64,000 bases of DNA, taken from assembly GCA_030695905.1 (NCBI GenBank), contig JAUYOL010000043.1:998-64997 (forward strand). Reading direction: 5' to 3'. Position numbers and translations under genes: made by a program. The notes under the pieces are model-generated. The model did not search any database and was not told the origin of the DNA. It saw only the letters and a program-made list of their open reading frames with translations. Below are positions 27,203-36,749 of this stretch, piece by piece (positions within the stretch are counted from its first letter, which is position 1; the number at the start of each line of letters is the position of its first letter). The DNA is from Candidatus Omnitrophota bacterium. GTDB lineage: Bacteria > Omnitrophota > Gorgyraeia > 2-01-FULL-45-10.

Positions 27203-27955
27203 TTATCCAAATCTGCCTGTTATGTAATCCTCAGTTTTTTTATCTCTTGGCCTTGTAAATATATCTTCAGTTTTACCGAACTCGACAAGCTCGCCCAATA
27301 ACATGAAGCCTGTTTCATCCGAAACCCTGGCCGCCTGCTGCATATTATGCGTAACTATTATTATAGTATAATCTTTTTTAAGTTGCTGCATCAACTCTTC
27401 TATTCTTAGCGTGGCTATCGGGTCGAGTGCGGAACAGGGCTCATCCATCAATAGAACCTCGGATTTAATCGCGATAAGCCGCGCTATGCAGAGTCTTTGT
27501 TTTTGTTCGAGCGACAGCCTTAAGGCGCTTGTCTTTAATTTATCTTTCAATTCATCCCATAGAAGCACCGACGCCAGGCTCTCTTCCACCAGGGCATCCA
27601 ATTTGCCCTTCTTCGCTATGTGATGTATTCTCGGTCCAAATGCCACATTTTCGTATATACTCAATGGAAAAGGGTTGGGCCTTTGGAATACCATGCCCAC
27701 TCTTTTTCGGAGCCCAACAAGATCTACTTTTTCGCCATATATGCTCATGTCATCCACTTCGACGGACCCTGTGATCCTTGCGTCTTCCACAAGGTCATTC
27801 ATCCTGTTGATGCATCTTAAAAGCGTCGATTTACCGCAGCCTGAAGAGCCTATCATTGCGGTGATGCACTTTTCTTTTATCGACATGTTAACGTTGATAA
27901 GCGCATGGAACTTATCATAAAATAAATTCAGGTTTGTTGTTCTAATTTTGCTCAT
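27203..27955 (-). CDS. pstB: Phosphate ABC transporter ATP-binding protein PstB (copy 2)
   Basis: Walker [13 protein letters not shown] signature [16 protein letters not shown], and the C-terminal [10 protein letters not shown] typical of PstB. Confidence 0.85.
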   Translation of the reverse strand: MSKIRTTNLNLFYDKFHALINVNMSIKEKCITAMIGSSGCGKSTLLRCINRMNDLVEDARITGSVEVDDMSIYGEKVDLVGLRKRVGMVFQRPNPFPLSIYENVAFGPRIHHIAKKGKLDALVEESLASVLLWDELKDKLKTSALRLSLEQKQRLCIARLIAIKSEVLLMDEPCSALDPIATLRIEELMQQLKKDYTIIIVTHNMQQAARVSDETGFMLLGELVEFGKTEDIFTRPRDKKTEDYITGRFG

Positions 27956-28707
27956 CCGAACCTACCCGTTATATAGTCGTTGGTCTTCTTATTCGAAGGC
28001 GCGGTAAAGATTTTATCAGTAGTATCTATTTCGACAAGTTCTCCCATAAGGAAAAAAGCCGTTCTTGTACCGACTCTTGCCGCTTGCTTGGTATTATTTG
28101 TAACCAGCACTATAGTCTTTGTTTTCTTTAATTCAACCATAGACTCTTCCACTTTCGCTGTAGATATCGGGTCGAGGCCGGAGCACGGCTCATCAAATAG
28201 CACCACATCCGGATTTAGCGCCAGGGTTCTTGATATGCAAAGCCTTTGTTGCTGGCCCCCGGAGAGCTTAAGGCCCGATGAGCCGAGCCTGTCTTTAACC
28301 TCATCCCATAGAAATGATGTTTTTAACGCGTTCTCAACTATCGAATCCAGCTTTTTTTTATTATGTGTACCTGCCATCCTGGGCCCATATGCCACATTAT
28401 CATATATCGAAAGCGGCAATGGGATAGGAAGCGCAAATATCATACCAACTCTTTTTCTTAATTCTTCCGGAGACATTTGGCTGTATATATCTTTTCCGCC
28501 GATAAGGATGTTTCCGATGACTTTTATAGTATCCTCGATATCGTTAAGCCTGTTTAAACTTCTCAAAAAAGATGTCTTACCGCTGTTAGACGGCCCTATA
28601 ATGCTGAGAATTTCATTCTCTTTAATATCTATGGACACATTCTTAAGCGCCTGGACGCTGCCAAAGTTTATGCTTAGGTTTTTTACGCTTATTATATTCT
28701 TTACCAT
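27952..28707 (-). CDS. pstB: Phosphate ABC transporter ATP-binding protein PstB (copy 1)
   Basis: Walker [10 protein letters not shown], signature [16 protein letters not shown], and C-terminal [10 protein letters not shown]. Confidence 0.85.
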   Translation of the reverse strand: MVKNIISVKNLSINFGSVQALKNVSIDIKENEILSIIGPSNSGKTSFLRSLNRLNDIEDTIKVIGNILIGGKDIYSQMSPEELRKRVGMIFALPIPLPLSIYDNVAYGPRMAGTHNKKKLDSIVENALKTSFLWDEVKDRLGSSGLKLSGGQQQRLCISRTLALNPDVVLFDEPCSGLDPISTAKVEESMVELKKTKTIVLVTNNTKQAARVGTRTAFFLMGELVEIDTTDKIFTAPSNKKTNDYITGRFG

Positions 28708-29546
28708 TTCTTCCTTCGAAATTTCGCCCTTATTATTACCGCCGCGAGATTCATTATTATTACAAGCCCCACGAGAACGAGTGCGGTGCCGTATCTATAA
28801 CTTTCGCTTATGTTCGGTATCTGTGTTGATATTATGTACAAGTGATATGGCAGCGCCATAGCCTGATCAAAAACGCTATTTGGAATATTGGGAAGATAAA
28901 ATGCCGCGACTGTAAATAATATAGGCGCGGTTTCGCCCGCGACACGTCCTATGCTAAGAATGGCGCCCGTTAGAATTCCGGGAAGCGCGAATGGCAATAC
29001 CGAATGCCTTATAGTCTGCCATCTCGTTGTGCCTAAAGACAGGCTCACCTCTCTGAAAGATTTAGGAACCGCGCGCAGCGCTTCCCTGGTGGTGGTGATA
29101 ATAACAGGCAGTGTCATTATGCCCAAAGTGAGCGACCCGGATATTATAGATACGCCGAATTTAAAAAATATTACAAAAAGGCTTAGTCCGAAAAGCCCAT
29201 AAACTACCGAAGAAACTCCTGCGAGATTTATTATTGCCAGATTGATCATTCTGGTCAGCGTGTTATCCTTTGCGTATTCATTCAGGTAGATAGCCGCCAT
29301 AACTCCTATCGGAAGCGAGAAGGCTATTGAACCTATCACAAGATAAAAGGTTCCTATTATGGCCGGGAATATTCCGCCGGCGCGCATGCCGTCCCGCGGC
29401 ATAGAAAATAGAAATTCCCACGTTATGGCTGTCCATCCTTTCGATATGATTAAGAATACTATAAATATGACCGGGACCACTACGAGCAGCGTCGCCACCA
29501 ATAGCGTTGTAAATCCTATCTTTTCTTTTAAGCGGACGTCTATCAC
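28701..29546 (-). CDS. pstA: Phosphate ABC transporter permease PstA
   Basis: Six-TM permease with EAA-like loop (REALRAVPKSFREVSLSLGTTRWQTI). Operon position is after pstC. Confidence 0.8.
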   Translation of the reverse strand: MIDVRLKEKIGFTTLLVATLLVVVPVIFIVFLIISKGWTAITWEFLFSMPRDGMRAGGIFPAIIGTFYLVIGSIAFSLPIGVMAAIYLNEYAKDNTLTRMINLAIINLAGVSSVVYGLFGLSLFVIFFKFGVSIISGSLTLGIMTLPVIITTTREALRAVPKSFREVSLSLGTTRWQTIRHSVLPFALPGILTGAILSIGRVAGETAPILFTVAAFYLPNIPNSVFDQAMALPYHLYIISTQIPNISESYRYGTALVLVGLVIIMNLAAVIIRAKFRRKKW

Positions 29547-30418
29547 TTCTTCTCCTTATTAAGAAAAAGATCTGCCGTAACATTTATCGCAAAAGATATA
29601 ACAAAAAGCACTATGCCTATTGCGAATAAAGCATAATAGTGTTCGCTGCCTCTTACCGTTTCGCCCATTTCGGCGGCTATCGTGGCTGTTAATGTCCGTA
29701 CAGGCCTTAAGAATGTGTGCGGTATTACCGCTGCATTTCCGGTTATCATCATTACAGCCATCGTCTCCCCTATTACCCTGCCTATACCCAGCATGGACGC
29801 CGCTATTATTCCCGGCAAAGCTCCGTGCATAACTACCCTATAAAGGGTTTGCCAGTGTGTTGCCCCCAAGGCAATCGCGCCTTCTTTGTATTGCCGTGGC
29901 ACAGCGTTTATCGCGTCTTCAGATATGCTTATTATCGTAGGAAGGGCCATGAATGCAAGCATGATAGAGCCGGATAGGGCCGTTAACCCAGTCGGTATCT
30001 TAAATATAAATTTTATAAATGGCACCAAGGTCACCATTCCTATAAAACCTAGCACTACGGAAGGTATGGCGGATAATATTTCCACGCAGGATTTGAGGGC
30101 GTCGCGCACCTTGGGCGATGCAACATCCGCTATATAGAACGCAGAGCATATCCCTAACGGCACCGATATCAGCACAGCGCCTAATGTAACAAGTAAAGAT
30201 CCTAGTATAAGAGGAAGTATCCCGAGTTTTGGCGGGTCGGAAATCGGGTACCAAAATTTGCCGCTTACGAATTCCCACAAGGAGACGTGCTTAAAAAGCG
30301 ATATGCCTTCTTTTAGAAGAAATACGAATATTAGTAAAACAAACACTATAGAAGCTATTCCGCTCAAGAATATAAGTTTTTCTATAATGAATTCTTTTAT
30401 TCTATTTGCTATTGTCAT
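29543..30418 (-). CDS. pstC: Phosphate ABC transporter permease PstC
   Basis: Permease with EAA loop (EDAINAVPRQYKEGAIALGATHWQTL). Operon position is after pstS. Confidence 0.8.
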   Translation of the reverse strand: MTIANRIKEFIIEKLIFLSGIASIVFVLLIFVFLLKEGISLFKHVSLWEFVSGKFWYPISDPPKLGILPLILGSLLVTLGAVLISVPLGICSAFYIADVASPKVRDALKSCVEILSAIPSVVLGFIGMVTLVPFIKFIFKIPTGLTALSGSIMLAFMALPTIISISEDAINAVPRQYKEGAIALGATHWQTLYRVVMHGALPGIIAASMLGIGRVIGETMAVMMITGNAAVIPHTFLRPVRTLTATIAAEMGETVRGSEHYYALFAIGIVLFVISFAINVTADLFLNKEKK

Positions 30419-31272
30419 TTAATCGGTACAAAGTCCAGTTTTTTTACTATCTCCTGCCCTTCGTCGGAATGTACAAAGCTTATAAAATCTTTTATCGAGC
30501 CTTTGGGCTGCCCATTTGTGCACATATAGAGCGGCCTTGAGATGGGATATGCATTGCTCTTTACGCTCTCTATGTCGGGTTCCGTAAACGGGCCATGGTT
30601 AGATTTACCCACGGCTATGGTTTTTTGCTTGGGGCTAATGTAGCCCATGCCGTAATAGCCTATCGCGTTTTCGTTATTTGCTATCTCATCCGCTATAGCC
30701 TGCGAAGACGGCATTAGAAGAGCTGATGGCGAAAATTCTTCGGGCCCTTTCGGATTCCCGTTTCTCAATACATGTTCCTTGAAAAATATATGTGTCCCCG
30801 AATTTACTTCTCTGGACAGTATGACTATCGGCATATTTTTACCACCTACAGTTTGCCAATTATCGATGTTGCCCATAAATATATCTTTCAGCTGGTCGAG
30901 TGTTAAATTTTTTACCGGATTCTTAGGATTGACTACTACAGCGAGGCCGTCGAGCGCTACTATGTCTTGAACTGGCTTAATGCCCTTGTTTTCGGCCTGT
31001 TTAATCTCCTTATCGGCCATTGCGCGCGAAGATTCGGCTATGTCGCATGTTCCGCTTATTAAGGCTGCTATACCCGTTCCTGATCCTCCGCCCGTTATTG
31101 ATATGTTAATATCGGGATGGAGCTTGTTGAACTCCTCGGCCCATCCCTGCCCTAAATTCACCATTGTGTCAGAGCCTTTTATCTGGATGGTATCTTCAGC
31201 ATAAGAAGTTACGGTTATCGATAGTATCGCCGCGGCCATAGCGATTGTTTGTAAATATTTTCTCATATGCAT
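30415..31272 (-). CDS. pstS: Phosphate-binding periplasmic protein PstS
   Basis: Signal peptide followed by PBP-fold motifs (GSDTMVNLGQ, GGGSGTGIAAL, SREVNSGT). Confidence 0.8.
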   Translation of the reverse strand: MHMRKYLQTIAMAAAILSITVTSYAEDTIQIKGSDTMVNLGQGWAEEFNKLHPDINISITGGGSGTGIAALISGTCDIAESSRAMADKEIKQAENKGIKPVQDIVALDGLAVVVNPKNPVKNLTLDQLKDIFMGNIDNWQTVGGKNMPIVILSREVNSGTHIFFKEHVLRNGNPKGPEEFSPSALLMPSSQAIADEIANNENAIGYYGMGYISPKQKTIAVGKSNHGPFTEPDIESVKSNAYPISRPLYMCTNGQPKGSIKDFISFVHSDEGQEIVKKLDFVPIK

Positions 31273-31281
31273 ATTCTCCTT

Positions 31282-31935
31282 TTAGAACGCGATCTTAATT
31301 TTTGTGCCAAGCACATTCGTATTATTCCATTTGTCTCCCCTGATTCTGTTACCCTTTAGCATATAAAATATGTCGAATTTTACATTTTTTGTCAGGTCGA
31401 ATTCTATTCCCGATGCAAATCTATTTTCGTTAAAACCGGTGCTGTCAGATGATATAAATATTTCATCCGAAGCATAAGGTGAAACCTTAATTTTTGCGAT
31501 GTCCATAGGAAGCTTAATAGAGAACTTATTTCGGTAACGGACGGAGTCATTCTTAAATCTGAAATGACGATATTCGAGCCGGTTTCGGTCATCTATTTTG
31601 AATTTCCATAGATCAAATTTTAGGGTGGCAGTTGCGTTGGGTTGATCCTCTTCTCTCCATTTGTGCTTGTATTTTTCGAGAACCAAACGATAGCCCAGCC
31701 CGATGTCCAGTCTCTTATCAAAACCAAAAATGAATCCCCAGTCATAATGTTGATAATAAAATTCACCCGCATTTTCACCGAAGCGAAATTCCTGCTCCAT
31801 GAAGAATTTCACATCCTTAGCTATCTTTACTTCCTCGACATCCGTATTCCATATCTGAAAATCGCCGTTTTCATAGGCGTAGGCGTTAGCACCTATCGAT
31901 GCTATCAGCGCCACAATGCACAACATCTTCTTCAT
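31282..31935 (-). CDS. Small outer-membrane beta-barrel protein (C-terminal Phe), first gene of the pst operon; possibly a Pi-starvation porin/OMP
   Basis: Start reassigned to MKKMLCIVALIASIGANAYA (signal peptide, RBS GGAGG/AAGGAAG). Alternating amphipathic beta strands. Ends ...KIKIAF. Confidence 0.4.
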   Translation of the reverse strand: MKKMLCIVALIASIGANAYAYENGDFQIWNTDVEEVKIAKDVKFFMEQEFRFGENAGEFYYQHYDWGFIFGFDKRLDIGLGYRLVLEKYKHKWREEDQPNATATLKFDLWKFKIDDRNRLEYRHFRFKNDSVRYRNKFSIKLPMDIAKIKVSPYASDEIFISSDSTGFNENRFASGIEFDLTKNVKFDIFYMLKGNRIRGDKWNNTNVLGTKIKIAF

Positions 31936-32007
31936 ATACTTCCTTTCTGCCTCCATATGGGCTTTTCTACTTCTTGAGGAAGTATACGATATCAATGTGA
32001 CAGAATC

Positions 32008-32024
32008 TTTAAGGGTTTGTGAAT
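32008..32024 (-). promoter_or_regulatory. Candidate PhoP/PhoB box: direct repeat TTCACA-cataa-TTCACA with 11-bp phasing
   Basis: On the - strand TTCACAcataaTTCACAaaccc lies 75-90 nt upstream of the OMP-pstS operon start. It matches the Gram-positive PhoP consensus TT(A/T/C)ACA-N5-TT(A/T/C)ACA. A CTGTCAC lies a further 20 nt downstream. Confidence 0.4.
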
Positions 32025-32050
32025 TATGTGTGAATCTAAAAGGCATGGCC

Positions 32051-33820
32051 TTAAACCGTTGGTATAGTGAAGCTGAATATAGAGCCGTTGCCGGGCGCGG
32101 ATTTTACCCAAACTTCCCCGCCGTGCGCCTGGATTATGTGTTTTACTATCGAAAGCCCAAGTCCCGTGCCGCCAAGTTCCCTCGAGCGAGCCTTATCCAC
32201 ACGATAGAAGCGCTCGAATATTCTGGGTAAATCTTTTTCGGGTATACCTATTCCGGTGTCTGAGACATCCAGCTTAACGAAACCGTTATCCTGGGAGCCG
32301 TGTATTTTTATAGACCCTTCTTTCGGAGTGTATTTTATCGCATTGTCCATTAAATTTAATACAGCCTGGGTAAGCCTGCTTTCATCTGCCAGTACCTTCG
32401 GCAGGTTTCCTGGAATATCTATCGTTATATTAATAGATTTGTCATGGGCCGATTTTTTCAATATTTCCAAGACTTTTGTCACAACTATCTTTGAGTCAAT
32501 TGACAGGAGGACCATCTTCATCTTGCCAGATTCTATTCTGGAAATATCCAGCAGATCGTCTATTAATTTCGCCAGCCGGTCGCTCTCGCGATATATGATA
32601 TTTATAAAATCCATCGCGTGCGGCTTGTCCTCAATGGCGCCCCCAAGCAGTGTCTCGGAATATCCTTTTATATTGGAAAGAGGGGTTCGTAATTCATGAG
32701 ACACATTTGCGACAAAATCCTGCCTGACGCGTTCAAGACGCTTTAATTCCGTTATATCGTGGAAGACCAGGATTATGCCTTCCATAGTGCCATTCTTTAT
32801 TATAGGAACGCCGCTTATCCTCACAATCTTTTCTTCAGGCGTGTTTGTCGCTATCTCGGTTATTAGCGCATTTTTTTCTCTCATTATGCGGTCTACCATA
32901 TCCTGTATATCATTGTTTCTCACCACCTCTATAAGCCGCTTGCCTTCGGCTGAAGAATCGATGAAAAATAGTTTTCTCAAAGACGGATTAATCATGATTA
33001 TGTTGCCGCTTTTATCGGTCAATATCACTCCTTCAAACATGCTCGATATAACAGCGTCCAATTTTGCCTCTTCATAAGAGATCTTTCCCGCTTTGTTCTC
33101 TACCTCTTCCGCCATGTAATTTAATGCTTCCGCTAAAGCGCCTATCTCATCATTTGATTGTTTATATATTCTTTTTGAAAAATTCCCTTTTGCCATTTGT
33201 TTAGCCACATCAGACATTTCAGACAAAGGCTTGGAGATCATTATCGATATAATGGCGCCCAAGATAAGTGTTAGTATAATGGCGAGAACCAAGGCAACAG
33301 CTATTATCTTTTGTATTTTTAGTTCGATAAGTTCTATTTCAGATAGCGGCATGGCAAGTCGTAAAAACCCCATCGAGCCATTTTCGCCCAGGGGCGTGGC
33401 CATATATAACATGTGGGTTTTTCTGGTTGTGCTGAATCGCTTGCTTTCACCAAATTCTCTTTTTAACGCATCCTGAATTTCAGGCCTTTTCATGTGATTT
33501 TCTACATCACGCAGATCACTTCCGGCCAACTCGGAGTCACCGGTAACTATGCCATCAGGGCTTATTATAGTCGCTCTTACATCAAGAGATTTTCCGATCC
33601 GGTTTGCGAGCATAGACGCATTGGCAGGACCTATACTTGATCTAAGTTCATTTTCTATTAAGTTTTTGTTTAAGAGTAGATCGTGCTTAAGGCTGTATTT
33701 TATGCGTTGTTCAAGATATTCTTTTAGGTGGTCATTTATGTAGAAATACAGAACAGCAAGTACCAAAAATATAATTAAGCAGAAAATTGAGGTGAGTTTC
33801 CAGGAAAGTTTAATTTTCAT
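32051..33820 (-). CDS. phoR: Phosphate regulon sensor histidine kinase PhoR-like (TM, HAMP, PAS, HisKA, HATPase)
   Basis: H-box HELRTPLSNIKGYSETL. N, G1 and G2 boxes (DNAIKYT, DTGIGI, GGTGLGLSIV). Two TM helices and a PAS region. Confidence 0.75.
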   Translation of the reverse strand: MKIKLSWKLTSIFCLIIFLVLAVLYFYINDHLKEYLEQRIKYSLKHDLLLNKNLIENELRSSIGPANASMLANRIGKSLDVRATIISPDGIVTGDSELAGSDLRDVENHMKRPEIQDALKREFGESKRFSTTRKTHMLYMATPLGENGSMGFLRLAMPLSEIELIELKIQKIIAVALVLAIILTLILGAIISIMISKPLSEMSDVAKQMAKGNFSKRIYKQSNDEIGALAEALNYMAEEVENKAGKISYEEAKLDAVISSMFEGVILTDKSGNIIMINPSLRKLFFIDSSAEGKRLIEVVRNNDIQDMVDRIMREKNALITEIATNTPEEKIVRISGVPIIKNGTMEGIILVFHDITELKRLERVRQDFVANVSHELRTPLSNIKGYSETLLGGAIEDKPHAMDFINIIYRESDRLAKLIDDLLDISRIESGKMKMVLLSIDSKIVVTKVLEILKKSAHDKSINITIDIPGNLPKVLADESRLTQAVLNLMDNAIKYTPKEGSIKIHGSQDNGFVKLDVSDTGIGIPEKDLPRIFERFYRVDKARSRELGGTGLGLSIVKHIIQAHGGEVWVKSAPGNGSIFSFTIPTV

Positions 33821-34505
33821 CAGCCTCTCTAATCCTATAGCCCATTCCCCTTACAGTTTCGATCATATCTCCTGCTTTCCCAAGCTTTTCCCTCAGTTTC
33901 TTTACGTGTGTATCTATGGTCCTGGTATTTATCATAGTATCGATATTCCATACATCATTGAGTAGCTTATCTCTATCCTGCACCCTTCCCTGTCTTTCCA
34001 TTAGAGTCAAGAGCAGTCTAAATTCCATATTGGTAAGCGCTACATCTTTATTTTTAACAGTTACTCTATGTTTTGGAATATCTACAGATATGTCACCTAT
34101 GGTTATCAACTCTTTCTTTTGCTCGTCTGTCTTACCCCTTTTTAATATAGCCTTTATCCTTAATACAAGTTCTCTGGGGCTGAATGGCTTTACCATATAA
34201 TCATCGGCTCCAAGCTCAAGGCCAACTATTTTGTCAACCTCTTCGCCTTTGGCTGTAAGCATTATTATCGGCATATTTCTGGTTTTCGGGTATTGTTTTA
34301 TTTTGCGGCATACCTCGAATCCGTCGATGCCGGGCAGCATTATATCGAGAATCATAAGATCAAAGGCCTGTTTTTCAAGGATAGATATGGCCTCTTCACC
34401 TGTTTTTACTGTTGTGCAGTCATATCCGGCCTTTTCCAGGTTATACCGGATAAGTTTGGCTATATTTTTTTCATCCTCGACTATCAATATGCGCACTTTG
34501 GGCAT
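33810..34505 (-). CDS. phoB: OmpR/PhoB-family response regulator (receiver plus winged helix)
   Basis: RILIVEDE...DLMILDIMLPGIDG...MLTAKGEE...DDYMVKPF. The C-terminal winged helix contains TVRGMGYRI. Start at MPKVRIL. Confidence 0.8.
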   Translation of the reverse strand: MPKVRILIVEDEKNIAKLIRYNLEKAGYDCTTVKTGEEAISILEKQAFDLMILDIMLPGIDGFEVCRKIKQYPKTRNMPIIMLTAKGEEVDKIVGLELGADDYMVKPFSPRELVLRIKAILKRGKTDEQKKELITIGDISVDIPKHRVTVKNKDVALTNMEFRLLLTLMERQGRVQDRDKLLNDVWNIDTMINTRTIDTHVKKLREKLGKAGDMIETVRGMGYRIREADEN

Positions 34506-34613
34506 CGTATTTTTCTTCCTGTTAATTCGTATCATAGCATACAAACAGTGTATGTCAAATTTGTTTTTTACCCCATATATGATATACTTATTACTACAAA
34601 AAAGGACTAAAAA

Positions 34614-35852
34614 ATGAAGAATGTTATAGCGTTGATTTTGGGCGGTGGGCAGGGCAAGAGGCTCTTCCCTCTTACAATGGTCAGGTCAAAACCGGCTGTC
34701 CCGATAGGGGGTAAATACCGCCTTATAGATATGCCCATAAGTAATTGTCTGCACTCGGATATAAAGAGTATTTATGTGCTAACACAGTTTAACTCCGAGT
34801 CTTTAAATAACCACATAAATGCTACCTATCGTTTCGATTTCTTTTCAAGGGCATTTGTCAGGATACTTGCCGCCGAACAGACTCTGGAGGGCGCCAACTG
34901 GTTCCAGGGCACAGCCGATGCTGTCAGGAAAAACATACTCCATCTTAATCTTCGCAATAATGACCAGGATATTCTGATACTTTCCGGCGACCATATATAC
35001 GATATGGATTATCACGAATTGATACACTTTCACAGGGCCAAGAACGCCGATTTCACGGTTTCTGTTGTGCCTGTATGCTCAGATGAAGTTAAAGAACTGG
35101 GTATATTAAAACTGGCCGGCAATAAGCGTATCACTAAATTTAAGGAAAAACCGAATACGCCGGCAGAGTTAAGGAATTTGAAATTTAAGAGCTCAAAAAA
35201 TTCTAAATGTCCGTATCTTGCCTCAATGGGAGTCTATGTCTTCAAGGCCAGCGCCCTTAAGAAAGCGCTTGAGGGTAATGATACGGATTTTGGCCGTGAA
35301 GTCATACCTCATTCGATAAAGAAGTTTAAAGGTTTTGGGTATATATTTGAGGGCTATTGGAAAGACATAGGAACGATAAAGTCTTTTTATGAAGTTAATC
35401 TGGAGATAGCCGCCTCAAAGCCTAATCTGGCGTTTTTGTACAAAGGCCGTGTATTTACCAGGCCCAGGTTTCTCTCCCCCTCCAGAATCTCCAATTGTCG
35501 TATAGAGCAGGCACTGATCACCGAAGGCTGTGTAATCAATGATGCCGAGATAAAACACTCCACAATCGGACTGCGAAGCATTATAGGAAAGGGATGTAAG
35601 ATAAGTAAGAGCGTTATAATGGGCTCTGATTATTATGAAGATTCTCACGGTAAGGAAGCGGTAAAGATAGGTATAGGAGATGGTTCGACCATTGAGAACG
35701 CGATAATAGACAAAAATGCCAGGATAGGCAAAAACGTGATAATAAAAAATATAAATAATATTAAGAATATAGACGACAGCTGTTATTATATTAGAGATGG
35801 AATAGTAGTGATACCGAAGAATATGGTTATAAAGGACGGCACTAAGATTTAG
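34614..35852 (+). CDS. glgC: Glucose-1-phosphate adenylyltransferase
   Basis: N-terminal LILGGGQGKRLFPLT...KPAVPIGGKYRLID is the NTP-transferase G-loop. The C-terminal left-handed beta-helix carries hexapeptide repeats. Confidence 0.8.
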   Translation: MKNVIALILGGGQGKRLFPLTMVRSKPAVPIGGKYRLIDMPISNCLHSDIKSIYVLTQFNSESLNNHINATYRFDFFSRAFVRILAAEQTLEGANWFQGTADAVRKNILHLNLRNNDQDILILSGDHIYDMDYHELIHFHRAKNADFTVSVVPVCSDEVKELGILKLAGNKRITKFKEKPNTPAELRNLKFKSSKNSKCPYLASMGVYVFKASALKKALEGNDTDFGREVIPHSIKKFKGFGYIFEGYWKDIGTIKSFYEVNLEIAASKPNLAFLYKGRVFTRPRFLSPSRISNCRIEQALITEGCVINDAEIKHSTIGLRSIIGKGCKISKSVIMGSDYYEDSHGKEAVKIGIGDGSTIENAIIDKNARIGKNVIIKNINNIKNIDDSCYYIRDGIVVIPKNMVIKDGTKI

Positions 35853-35876
35853 ATTGCCTGCCGGTCAGGCAGGCTT
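35853..35876. repeat. Copy 2 of the palindromic element (TGCCTGCCGGTcAGGCAGGCTT), overlapping the stop codon of the radical SAM gene and lying 4 nt after the glgC stop
   Basis: A 7-bp stem GCCTGCC/GGCAGGC identical to the copy at 12753-12770. The two copies differ by a single inserted base in the loop. Confidence 0.45.
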
Positions 35877-36749
35877 CGCTTCGCTCGCAATGACGGTCAT
35901 GATTTTGTTGATAGTTCCTATCTTGTCTAAAGCCCACAATGGGGCGATGTGACTTTCTTTATCTCCCTGCCCTGTCAATCTTTGGATAATCACATCCGGC
36001 CCAAGGTGCCTAAGAAATTCGCATACCAGGTCCACATATTCATTCTGCTCCAATAGCTTTATCTTTCCCTCATCGTATAATTTTTCGAGCTTACTTCCCT
36101 TTAATATGTGAAGAACGTGTATCTTTATGCCGTCTATCTTAAGCCCTGCAAGGGTTTTGGCGGTTTCTATAATATCTTCTTTTGTTTCTCCGGGTAGTCC
36201 CAATATTACGTGCGCGGATACCGGAATATCAAATTGCCTCGTGACCCTGACCGCTTGCAAGAAATCCGAAAATGCATGCCCTCTATTTATCAGTTTAAGC
36301 GTCTTATTATGGATAGATTGAAGTCCATATTCTATCCATACTTCATATTTATCCTTATATGAAGATATGAGTCTCAGTTTTTCTTTGTCTACCTCGTCCG
36401 GACGCGTGCCTATCGATATTCCGACGATATCGTTAAAATCAAGAACTCCGTCATAAACGCTCTTTAGCTTGGCCGACGGCGCATAAGTGTTTGTGAATGC
36501 CTGAAAATAGGCTATGAATTTTTTCGCGCCTTCCCTTTCTTTTAGATAATCCATGCGCGTCTGAAGCTGTTCTCTTACATTATATTTTTTATTTATATAT
36601 GATGCCCGAGAGCCGCTGAAATTGCAGTATAGACAGCCTTCTGCGCCCTTAGTTCCATCGCGATTAGGGCATGTAAATCCCGCGTCGATGGCTATGCGGT
36701 AGACCTTACAGCCGTATTTGGTTTTTAAATAATCGCTGTATAGCTTCAA
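35865..36749 (-). CDS. Radical SAM protein, TIGR01212 family
   Basis: Motif FTCPNRDGTKGAEGCLYCN (CxxxxxxxxxCxxC variant), characteristic of TIGR01212. Confidence 0.65.
   Translation of the reverse strand: MKLYSDYLKTKYGCKVYRIAIDAGFTCPNRDGTKGAEGCLYCNFSGSRASYINKKYNVREQLQTRMDYLKEREGAKKFIAYFQAFTNTYAPSAKLKSVYDGVLDFNDIVGISIGTRPDEVDKEKLRLISSYKDKYEVWIEYGLQSIHNKTLKLINRGHAFSDFLQAVRVTRQFDIPVSAHVILGLPGETKEDIIETAKTLAGLKIDGIKIHVLHILKGSKLEKLYDEGKIKLLEQNEYVDLVCEFLRHLGPDVIIQRLTGQGDKESHIAPLWALDKIGTINKIMTVIASEAKPA

Noticed and set aside
27980-28861. 293-aa + strand ORF antisense to pstB/pstA
   Set aside because: It lies entirely within well-supported - strand pst genes. Its low-complexity S/F/I-rich translation is typical of an antisense frame.
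34506-34613. E. coli-style Pho box in the phoB/glgC divergent spacer
   Set aside because: Only a CATACA-N5-TGTATG inverted repeat and a TTGACA-like hexamer are present. They do not fit the direct-repeat Pho-box model well enough to call.
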